Shown here piece after piece: positions 55,666 to 63,904 of a stretch of DNA of 64,000 nucleotides. Made by a program: the position numbers and the translations under genes. The notes beneath the pieces were generated by a model. It did no database searches. It was not told where the DNA came from and saw only the letters and a program-made list of their open reading frames with translations. Origin of the DNA: a plasmid. Position 1 is the first letter of the stretch; each line of letters opens with the position of its first letter. Location of the stretch: sequence record NZ_CP010801.1; one strand, written 5' to 3'.

Positions 55666-56982
55666 TCAATTGACGGAGAATGGAGCATGTGAAACTGGCC
55701 GCGCCCAGTTCACCGCGCGAAGTAAAGGCACGCCCCAAATCCGGGCCTGCATGCCGATAGCGCGAGTTTGAGCGACCGCGTTGCCGTCGTGAGCGAACCA
55801 CTGGTTGGCAGCTGAAATGAGCAGCGCCGGGGTCGTGCCATGCGCGGTCATCTGCAGACGCTGGGCAATCAGCGGCCACAATAGCAGATCCTCATAGCAG
55901 ATCGAGATTAACGCCGGGCCGTAGCGAGTCTGCAGGCCGCCCCCGGGTGCCCGCATCGGGTAGTGCTCATCTGCCCACGGTCTCCACATTCCAATTGGCA
56001 TGGGCATTTGCGCTGTGTAGTGCTGGTCCGTTACCAGGTCGAGCAGAGTGTCACGCCCGTCATGCTGGGTGAGTGGATCGGTCTCATAGACTCCCAGCAG
56101 AACCGTCGCCTTCTTCTTCCTTGCCAACTCTGCGATGTCGCTCCAGTAGAAGGCCTGGCCGTCATTCCATTGCGCGTTCGCGCCCTCAGGTAGCACGATC
56201 AGGCGGGCGCCTTCGTCGATCGCGCGGCGCACCTGCGCCTTGAGGTCGTCCTGGCGGGCAAAGCGCTGCTGCAGAGCCTCCGGATAGTCGCCGAGATACG
56301 TCGTCATCGCCCAAGCAAGATCGGGAGCGGCAGGCAGACGATATGTGGCAGCCTGGAGTGCGCCCCATAGTAGCGCTGCGATGAGCGCAGCCGTCACTGC
56401 CTTATTCCCGCTGGTGCGCGCCGTCGAGCTCCAGGACGCGATGGCCAGCAGCGCGGCGATCAGCGCTACGCCAGCCAGCCCCCAACCCGGGAACAGCGCG
56501 CCGGCTGCCAGAAGGGGAGAGGCCATACCAAGTATGCCCAGTGGGGGTACTGCGCCCAGACTCAGTCCGCAAAGGATGCCGATCCAAGGCCGGCCTCGCG
56601 GTGCGAGGAGGAAGGGGGCGGCCATTATCAGCGCCCAGCCTAGCCAGGCCATCACGCCTGGGGCCACCGAGCCTGCGAAGAAGCCAGTCCACAGAGATGG
56701 AATCGCCGAGCCGGCACCGAGATACCAGCCAAAGAACAGCAGTGCCACATCGCGCCGGCGGTGTTTCGGCCGAAATGCCAGCGTCATGGACAGCAGGGCG
56801 AAGCCGAACAGCATGCGCTGGGCATCGTTGGGCGCCAGCCAGCTTGTGCTGATGATGGATTCGATGGAAAACCAGCCGGCGAGCGCGCCGAGGGCGGCCC
56901 AGCTGCCCGCTGTAGACAGGTTGGACCAGGGAAGTGCGGCGCGCAGGCGCGCGCCTACCGGGGACGATGCTGCCGTGCTCAT
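55666..56982 (-). CDS. Polytopic membrane protein with C-terminal carbon-nitrogen hydrolase domain (apolipoprotein N-acyltransferase Lnt-like)
   Basis: About 7 TM segments. LIVLPEGA (catalytic Glu context) and ISICYEDL (catalytic Cys context) of the nitrilase/Lnt superfamily. Confidence 0.5.
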   Translation of the reverse strand: MSTAASSPVGARLRAALPWSNLSTAGSWAALGALAGWFSIESIISTSWLAPNDAQRMLFGFALLSMTLAFRPKHRRRDVALLFFGWYLGAGSAIPSLWTGFFAGSVAPGVMAWLGWALIMAAPFLLAPRGRPWIGILCGLSLGAVPPLGILGMASPLLAAGALFPGWGLAGVALIAALLAIASWSSTARTSGNKAVTAALIAALLWGALQAATYRLPAAPDLAWAMTTYLGDYPEALQQRFARQDDLKAQVRRAIDEGARLIVLPEGANAQWNDGQAFYWSDIAELARKKKATVLLGVYETDPLTQHDGRDTLLDLVTDQHYTAQMPMPIGMWRPWADEHYPMRAPGGGLQTRYGPALISICYEDLLLWPLIAQRLQMTAHGTTPALLISAANQWFAHDGNAVAQTRAIGMQARIWGVPLLRAVNWARPVSHAPFSVN

Positions 56983-58979
56983 GCAGCCGCCATTGCCGCG
57001 CGCGCGGCCTGTACATGCTCGAGCAATACTACTGCCTTCTTCCCCGTGTTCTGTCCACCCATGGCATCCATCACAGCCATGTTCTTGGCGTCCTTGAGCG
57101 CCTCCAGGATCGAGGCCTGGGACAGCCCAGTCAGCACTCCGGCCGCCTGATCCACCCAAGACACCGGATCCCCTTCACCGAGGAAGCCGGCGTGCTCGGA
57201 CGCCCACCAGGCCACCACATCTCGAACGACGTCGCCGTCGGGCAGCCCAATCTCCACACGCGTCCCGAAGCGCCCACCGCGCACGGCTGCAGCGTCGATC
57301 ATGTCCGGATTGTTTGTCGCCGCGATCCACACCACGTCCTGCAGCATGCCGCCGGCGCCGTCGATGAGTTGCAGCAGAGCGTTGGTAGCCTCCTTGGTCG
57401 CGCTCATCGAGCGATCGGCGAGGATGTCATCCGCTTCGTCGATGAAGACAATGGCCGGGCGCATGTTGCTCGCCTTGTCGCGCAGCTTCTGCACGGCGTC
57501 CTCCGACATCAGTTGCTTGCCCGAATACACGAGCAACGGCCACTGGCACGCCTTGGCTAGGGCAGACGCCGCTGCAGTCTTGCCCGTGCCCGGCGGGCCG
57601 GAGAACAGAACGCCCTTGGGCAGAGTGCCGCCTAGTTCCTCGAAACGGTCGAGATCGCGCATCTGCGCAGCGAGGTTTTCCAACCGGCGCTTGACTTCAG
57701 GCGCATAGAACAGCTGGCCGATCTCCTTCGTGCCCTCCGCGGCGCCGCCCTTGTAGCCTTGCAGTGTCCGCATGGCCTTGAGCAGATCCGAGAAATTGAC
57801 CTCGCTTGCATTGCCCGCGCGAGCGATCTCGATGGCGCGTTGGGTGGCTTTCTGGATCGTCGGCACATTCAAGCCGCCCCAGCGCCGCACGAGCCGCTCG
57901 AGCACCCCATTGTCGATGCCGATGCGTTCCTTCTTAAGCTCGATGTCGATCAGGTGGGCGCGGGCTTGCGCGTCGGGCAGCGGCACCTCCACGGGGAAGT
58001 CAAAGCGCGCCGCGCGCACCGCCGCCTCGTCCAGTCGGTCCTTGAAGTTGGTCGCCGCCACCAGCAGCACGCCGGGATGGTGGGTGCGCGTGTCGTCCAC
58101 GAGCGAGAGGAACGTCGTCACCATCCGGTTGTATTCCTCGTAGCTGCCCGATCCGGAGCGCTGGCTGACCAGGCTGTCCGCTTCGTCGAAGAACAGCACC
58201 ACGGGCGCCTGCGCCCAGGCGTCCTCAAACACCTTGCGCAGATTCTCGGTGGTGGCGCCAACCCACTTGGACGCCAGATCGCCGTAGCTCACCTTAATGA
58301 GCCCCAGGGCGGCCTGCCCAGCCAGGGCGCTGGCCATGAGGCTCTTGCCGCCGCCAGGAGGGCCGAACAGCAGGACGCCATTGCCCGATTTCTCTTGCCA
58401 GGCCGACAGCGCACGGCGCATATCGCTCTTGAGGGTCTCCTGACCAACGATGCTGTCGAAGTTCACACTGGGGCGTGCCGCACGGAACTGGAAGTTCTGC
58501 GTCGGCAGCTGCGTCTGATCAGCGGCACCGGCAGGGGCGGTCGCGTATTGTTCCTCCCAGACCAGCAGCAGATCTTGATTGGGCATAACGACTGGCTTGG
58601 TTGTCAGCGCCATGGCTACCGCAAACAGCGTGTAGATCGCGCCAACAATGAGCATGCCCGCGCAGCCCGGGACGATCCAGCCGGCGAGGGAAGGGAAGGT
58701 ACGGGCAGCTGCATGCCACGCGATACCTGTTGCAACCATAAGCACTAGACCGGGGCTGATGGGAAGGTTGTTCAGCTTCATGTCGAGCAGCTGCCGCAAC
58801 AGGTTGAAGAGCGCCGCAACGCTCAGCAGCACCAGCAGTGCGATCAGGCCGAACACCACGCCATGCGTCGCAGCCGGGAACAGGCTGAGCGCGGCCATGA
58901 TGCTCACCGGCACGATGAGCAATGCCGTAAAGCTGCGGGTGCTGTAGACCTCGGCGCTGGCACTCTTGAGTTGGTTCAT
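56979..58979 (-). CDS. Membrane-anchored tandem AAA+ ATPase
   Basis: 4 N-terminal TM. D1 GPPGGGKS/LFFDEAD. D2 GPPGTGKT/VFIDEADD. Arg-finger-like regions. Stop overlaps the downstream gene start. Confidence 0.7.
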   Translation of the reverse strand: MNQLKSASAEVYSTRSFTALLIVPVSIMAALSLFPAATHGVVFGLIALLVLLSVAALFNLLRQLLDMKLNNLPISPGLVLMVATGIAWHAAARTFPSLAGWIVPGCAGMLIVGAIYTLFAVAMALTTKPVVMPNQDLLLVWEEQYATAPAGAADQTQLPTQNFQFRAARPSVNFDSIVGQETLKSDMRRALSAWQEKSGNGVLLFGPPGGGKSLMASALAGQAALGLIKVSYGDLASKWVGATTENLRKVFEDAWAQAPVVLFFDEADSLVSQRSGSGSYEEYNRMVTTFLSLVDDTRTHHPGVLLVAATNFKDRLDEAAVRAARFDFPVEVPLPDAQARAHLIDIELKKERIGIDNGVLERLVRRWGGLNVPTIQKATQRAIEIARAGNASEVNFSDLLKAMRTLQGYKGGAAEGTKEIGQLFYAPEVKRRLENLAAQMRDLDRFEELGGTLPKGVLFSGPPGTGKTAAASALAKACQWPLLVYSGKQLMSEDAVQKLRDKASNMRPAIVFIDEADDILADRSMSATKEATNALLQLIDGAGGMLQDVVWIAATNNPDMIDAAAVRGGRFGTRVEIGLPDGDVVRDVVAWWASEHAGFLGEGDPVSWVDQAAGVLTGLSQASILEALKDAKNMAVMDAMGGQNTGKKAVVLLEHVQAARAAMAAA

Positions 58980-59021
58980 GGTCAGTGGCTCGTGGACTTC
59001 GAATAACGATCAATTTGTGTT

Positions 59022-60881
59022 GTGTTGCGAGTATATGTAGCAACACTGCGAGAAGCAAGGTATGATAACTATCAAAATCAAGCAGCCAGGGATGCGCGGC
59101 TCGACATCATTAGAATGGCTGCAGATCCAACCCCAGAGCGGTATCCCGGCCGCGCATCGGACGGACCTATGCGAATCGATCTTCCGCACATTGCCTTCTT
59201 GCGCAGCGTCATCGATGGCATGGACGTCAACGCTGCGTTCGACCGTTACCTGTCGCTGATTTATGACGGCCGGCGCGTCGATAGTAGCTTCGTGCGCCAG
59301 ACTCTAATGGAGGTGCATGAGACTTGCGCAGGCGCGGCCTTAGAGGCGGGCAAGCCCGAGCTTGCCAAGCTGTTCGACTTCGACGTGCTCGCACTCACGG
59401 GCAATAGCGAAACTGCGCCTGAAAAGGAGCGGATCACCGTCGGCGGCGAAGCCATCGTTCAAGCGCTCGAGCAGATCGAGACGCAGTTTGCGCGCCGTCC
59501 TGTGCCAAGCGACCCGATCGATGACTGGTTTGCACCGCGTATCGCGTCGTGTCTGCAGGCCAGTGGGATCGTGTCTTTGCACGCGTTGTGCGTACGGATG
59601 ATGAGTCCATACTGGCACACGAGCATCAGCGGCATCGGCCGACTCAAGGCCGAGCGCCTTGAGGCCTTCATGCGCGAGTGGTCGTTGACGACTGATGAGC
59701 GCGCCGCCTGGCCGGCTGTGCCGATCGACACGGGATCGCAGGCCGCCGACAACGCCGAGTTGTTGGTGCCGGCCACGTTTCTCACTTTGGTGAACGTGCT
59801 GGACGATCCGGCCAGTGCAAGTAACGCGCTAGGAGCGCAGACTCATGCCGACGCGGTACGTGCATTTCTGTCGCGCTACAGCGGCCACACCTTGCGCGCC
59901 TACCGCCGCGAAGTCGAGAGGCTGCTGATCTGGGCTACGTTCGAGCGCCGCAAGCGCATTGTCGAGTTCGTGCGACAAGACGTCATTGCTTACCGGGACT
60001 TCCTGGAGGATCCCCAGCCGCGCGAGCACTGGTGCGCGCCGAGGAACATTCCGAAGAACAGCCCAGCGTGGCGTCCACTGGAGGGACCGCTCTCTGAGGC
60101 CAGCCTGCGCCAGTCCACCATCATCATCGGCAAGATGTTCACGTTCTTCGTGCAGACGGGCATCATGCGCCTCAATCCGGCACTTCACCTGCCGCGGCCG
60201 GGCCGGCAGAATTTGCGTCAACAGTTCGGGCGCCGCCTGCTTTCGCGAGCCGATCTGGACCTGCTGCGCGAGCACGCAGGCCCAGGCGCGCGCGGTGAGC
60301 GTACGGTTTTGCTGCTCGATTTGTTGTACGCCACGGGTCTACGCATCTCAGAGGCCGCTGGTGCGATGTTCAAACATGTCATGCCACTCGGCGAGGGTTA
60401 CCTGCTTGGTGTCGTCGGCAAAGGCAAGAAGTATCGGGAGGTGCCTGTTCCCGCCGAAATCATCGATAGGGCACGGCGCATGGCGCATGCGCGCGGAGCC
60501 CAAGGTGCACGTGCCAATGGCGCGTATCTGCTGGGGTGGGTGGGCCCGAAGGGCCTGACCATTTCTCTCGATCCATATGAGGGCGTGAATGCGTCGGTGC
60601 TCGCGCGAGACGTGAAGCAAGCGGCAGAACGCGCTGCCGAGAGCGTGAAGGCTCAAGATCCGGCGCGTGCGGAGCGCCTACTTGGCGCCTCGGCGCATTG
60701 GCTGCGGCATTCGCACGCCTCGCATGCGCTGGAGGCGGGTGTCGCTTTGGCGGCGGTCCAAGCCAACCTGGGCCACACGTCGCTCGTCACCACTAGCGTC
60801 TACGCTACGACCGAGCAAAGTCTGCGCATGCAGCAGATGCAGGAGTTCTGGCAGCAGTCGTCCGGCGATTCCGATCGATAG
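59022..60881 (+). CDS. Large tyrosine recombinase/integrase (IntB13/P4-like)
   Basis: C-terminal HWLRHSHASH...LGHTSLVTTSVYATT (R-H-R-Y). 619 aa. Confidence 0.75.
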   Translation: MLRVYVATLREARYDNYQNQAARDARLDIIRMAADPTPERYPGRASDGPMRIDLPHIAFLRSVIDGMDVNAAFDRYLSLIYDGRRVDSSFVRQTLMEVHETCAGAALEAGKPELAKLFDFDVLALTGNSETAPEKERITVGGEAIVQALEQIETQFARRPVPSDPIDDWFAPRIASCLQASGIVSLHALCVRMMSPYWHTSISGIGRLKAERLEAFMREWSLTTDERAAWPAVPIDTGSQAADNAELLVPATFLTLVNVLDDPASASNALGAQTHADAVRAFLSRYSGHTLRAYRREVERLLIWATFERRKRIVEFVRQDVIAYRDFLEDPQPREHWCAPRNIPKNSPAWRPLEGPLSEASLRQSTIIIGKMFTFFVQTGIMRLNPALHLPRPGRQNLRQQFGRRLLSRADLDLLREHAGPGARGERTVLLLDLLYATGLRISEAAGAMFKHVMPLGEGYLLGVVGKGKKYREVPVPAEIIDRARRMAHARGAQGARANGAYLLGWVGPKGLTISLDPYEGVNASVLARDVKQAAERAAESVKAQDPARAERLLGASAHWLRHSHASHALEAGVALAAVQANLGHTSLVTTSVYATTEQSLRMQQMQEFWQQSSGDSDR

Positions 60882-60905
60882 CTACCCAGGTGGCTGGGAT
60901 ACGGC

Positions 60906-61808
60906 CTAATCAGTGTCTGCTACGTTGGTCACGATCGATGGCTCGAGCACCCACTCTGCCGCCGGCGCAGCTGCCTTGTCGCTGGACAGGAAAAAGTAGA
61001 GCGTGCAGCCCAGGCCTTCGCAATGTTCCAAGGCCTGATGCATGACGTCATGCCGATGTTCGAGCATCAGTTCCGGATTCGCGCGGTCCTTCAGGGACAG
61101 TTCGTTCTTCAGCCGGATCGTGAACGTCTTCACCGTGCCAGTGCGCGCTGTCGCGACGATCCTGTATTCGCAGGCATCGCGCTCGACGAGCTCGGGCGGC
61201 GTGCGCAACGTATGCAGTGCGCCATCCTCGGCGACCCTGATCTCGAACCAATACGCGAAGGCGGACTGGATCTCCTCTTCACTGAGCTCGATGCCCTGGG
61301 CCTTGGCCGATCGAAGAGCGTATTCGGGATCCGGGATCAGCGAGTCGATCGTGCCGTGTTCGTAAGGGCGCACCGCGACGATCCGGGTGCCGCGGCCGAC
61401 GGACACCATGACGATGATTGCGCGGCCAGCGTGCCAGAGCGCGTAGGCGCGCAGCGGCTCGGCGATGATCGGCGCGAGCTCAATCCCTCCGTGTTTCCGG
61501 GCCATGTCGCTGAGATCGGCTATCGAGCAGTCGTACACGGACGTGGGATCTTCGCCCAGGCCAATTAGCCAGCTGGTGAGGTGCGCCACTACGGGGCACT
61601 GCACGATACCCGGGATTTCAAACGCATAGTCCTTGCAGGCGTTCAGGAATGCAGCCGGGCTCAGCCCAGTGATCTGCTCGATGTCGCGCCGGACAGCTTT
61701 GGGGACGACGAAAATGGGGGAGGCGGTCCGCTGGGGAGATTCACTCATCTCGACATGCTGCGGACGATCGATTTTATGGGCGAGCAGCCCAGCGATGGCT
61801 TGAAACAT
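60906..61808 (-). CDS. Hypothetical protein
   Basis: 300-aa ORF convergent with the integrase. Start may be at the internal MSESPQ. Confidence 0.35.
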   Translation of the reverse strand: MFQAIAGLLAHKIDRPQHVEMSESPQRTASPIFVVPKAVRRDIEQITGLSPAAFLNACKDYAFEIPGIVQCPVVAHLTSWLIGLGEDPTSVYDCSIADLSDMARKHGGIELAPIIAEPLRAYALWHAGRAIIVMVSVGRGTRIVAVRPYEHGTIDSLIPDPEYALRSAKAQGIELSEEEIQSAFAYWFEIRVAEDGALHTLRTPPELVERDACEYRIVATARTGTVKTFTIRLKNELSLKDRANPELMLEHRHDVMHQALEHCEGLGCTLYFFLSSDKAAAPAAEWVLEPSIVTNVADTD

Positions 61809-61920
61809 ATTGTTCTCCAGATGGCACCCAGGTGAACGCGGGGGTGCTGTGTCCGCGTGAAATTCATCTTACTTGGCAATACCAACTCGCGCAACACCCT
61901 TTTTTGTCTGTGCCAGCTAA

Positions 61921-61952
61921 CAACTACTTCTGAACCCCCGGGATGTCCGGGA
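61921..61952 (+). promoter_or_regulatory. Upstream module copy 13
   Basis: CAACTACTTCTGAACCCCCGGGATGTCCGGGA. Confidence 0.5.
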
Positions 61953-61968
61953 TTTTCAGGAGACGATC

Positions 61969-62184
61969 ATGGTTTGGCTGATTGCTTTGGTTGGTGCTTC
62001 CGCTCTGCTGTTCTGGTGGCGCCTGCTTGTCGTGATGGTGAAGTCCAATGCTGGCCAGGCGTTTCTACGTCGCGCGTGCTTTTTCGTCGGCGCTGCTTGG
62101 CGTCAGAAGAGTCTGCGACGCGCGGCCAGCCTGACGCGCCAAGCCGAGTGGAAACACACCTGGCTGGGAGGTCATCGTGGTTGA
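61969..62184 (+). CDS. Small membrane protein
   Basis: TM WLIALVGASALLFWW. Confidence 0.25.
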   Translation: MVWLIALVGASALLFWWRLLVVMVKSNAGQAFLRRACFFVGAAWRQKSLRRAASLTRQAEWKHTWLGGHRG

Positions 62185-63196
62185 TCTTCCCGAGCTTGTT
62201 CAGGAACAGGGTTTTGCCCTGCGCAAGCAAGGGAGGACATGGGGCGGCGCCAGCTGCCCCTCGTGTGGTGAGGGGCAGGAAACCTCGAACCGGCTGTGCG
62301 TCTATGTAGGAGACGGTGGGAAATGGCGCTTCAAGTGCCATGCCTGCGGGATCCGAGGGGACGCGGCCGACTTCCTTGCCGTTTCACGCGGCATTTCCTT
62401 GCGTGCCGCGCTTAAGGAGGTCCAGTCTCGTACTGGAGTCGTTCAATCTCAACCCTCCAAGGCTCCCCGCCGAGAGGCGGGTCCAGCGCCTATCGACGAT
62501 GGCGCCAAGGCGCAAGCCATCAACGTCATCGTGGACAAGCTGCTGGATTCGCAGGAAGGCAAGCGCGACGCGCAAGCCTACTTTCGACGCCGGGGCATCT
62601 CGAGCAAGGTGTTCCAGGAGGCGTGGGGGCGAGGCATCATCCGCAGTCTGCCATCGCAGTCGCCGATTGCCACTCGTTGGCTTCGCGAACAGATCGGTAG
62701 CATCCACCTGATGGCGTCAGGCCTACTGCGTCAAGGCGCAGCGTGCCCGGCGGCAGCTTTCCGCCCGATCGTCGGCATCCTGCCGAAGAAGTCTGGCGTG
62801 GAGTTCCGCCTGAACCACGAGGCTGATCGCACGGAGGTCAAGGCGTTGCGCTATGGGCGTTTGGTCTACCCATGGTGGTGGCGGCCGAATGGCGAGATGC
62901 ACCGCCTGATCGTCGTCGAGGGGTACATCGACATGCTCAGTCTGGTTGAGCAGGGGCAAGACAAGGACACCGCCATCATGGCGCTGCCGGGCGCTAATTC
63001 GTGGCGTCTGCCCTGGTTCGAGACCCTGAAGCAGCGCAATCCGAATCTGGAGGTGCTGGTGGCCCTTGATGCGGATGACGCTGGTGATCGCACCGCCGCG
63101 ACGATGATTGAAGCCGTCGCCGGCGTCGGTCTGAAAACCCAGCGCTTGCGCCCCGAGAAAGGCAAAGACTGGAACGAAGCCCTTTTGGCTGCATGA
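62177..63196 (+). CDS. DNA primase (CHC2 Zn-finger plus Toprim)
   Basis: CPSCGEG...CHAC zinc finger. Toprim EGYIDMLS...DADDAGD. GTG start after GGAGG. Confidence 0.6.
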   Translation: MVDLPELVQEQGFALRKQGRTWGGASCPSCGEGQETSNRLCVYVGDGGKWRFKCHACGIRGDAADFLAVSRGISLRAALKEVQSRTGVVQSQPSKAPRREAGPAPIDDGAKAQAINVIVDKLLDSQEGKRDAQAYFRRRGISSKVFQEAWGRGIIRSLPSQSPIATRWLREQIGSIHLMASGLLRQGAACPAAAFRPIVGILPKKSGVEFRLNHEADRTEVKALRYGRLVYPWWWRPNGEMHRLIVVEGYIDMLSLVEQGQDKDTAIMALPGANSWRLPWFETLKQRNPNLEVLVALDADDAGDRTAATMIEAVAGVGLKTQRLRPEKGKDWNEALLAA

Positions 63197-63251
63197 ACCG
63201 AACCCGTCGGCGCGTTTGCGCTGGCGGGTTTTTTTCTTTTTTCCGGCCGAA

Positions 63252-63282
63252 CAACTAATGGGGAACCCCGGCGCATTGCCGG
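63252..63282 (+). promoter_or_regulatory. Upstream module copy 14
   Basis: CAACTAATGGGGAACCCCGGCGCATTGCCGG. Confidence 0.5.
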
Positions 63283-63301
63283 TTATTACCAGGAGCCCAT
63301 C

Positions 63302-63904
63302 ATGAGCGAAAACAACGTGCCTACCCATGGGGTCGAGCGTGCACGTCAGCAGCAGTCCCCACAAGACCAACTGGTTCGAGCGCTTTGCGAACAGGGCGTT
63401 GCCGTCTACCAAGTTGGGAACCTGTTCGAAACGGATTCCAACGGCATTCCCATTCCAGAGTGCGACAGGGACAAGTGGTTTGTCTCTGTGCTCGCAGATT
63501 CTCCTCTCGTGGCGAAGGTAGAGGCCATTCCCCTCTCATCAACTGAGGCCGAAGCATGGGAGCTCGCGGCACGGCACCTGATTCTGACCGATGAGCGCGT
63601 CGAGTTGGGAGGCACGGTTCTACGTCAGAACAATGACGCGGGCAGCGGGGAAGCCTCGAGCGACGAGGCGACAAGCTACCTCCTGAAGAAGCCGCTCAAG
63701 CTTTCGTTCACGGTCGAAGTGCACGATTGCTGTAGCGGCTTTGACGTGGTGCTGCCGGACGGTCGACGTTGCGACGGCCTTGGCTGGGACGAGATGCTTG
63801 GGCAGGTCGCACACCTGACACACCCGAATCTTGGAGCGCCGCGATATGCCATGCGGACCCCCGAAGAGTGGGCTGCGTACAGAGCAGAGATTGCCAGACG
63901 ATAG
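63302..63904 (+). CDS. Hypothetical protein
   Basis: 200-aa ORF behind module. Confidence 0.3.
   Translation: MSENNVPTHGVERARQQQSPQDQLVRALCEQGVAVYQVGNLFETDSNGIPIPECDRDKWFVSVLADSPLVAKVEAIPLSSTEAEAWELAARHLILTDERVELGGTVLRQNNDAGSGEASSDEATSYLLKKPLKLSFTVEVHDCCSGFDVVLPDGRRCDGLGWDEMLGQVAHLTHPNLGAPRYAMRTPEEWAAYRAEIARR

Noticed and set aside
57759-58748. 329-aa plus-strand ORF
   Set aside because: It is antisense to the tandem AAA+ ATPase, whose Walker motifs are unambiguous.
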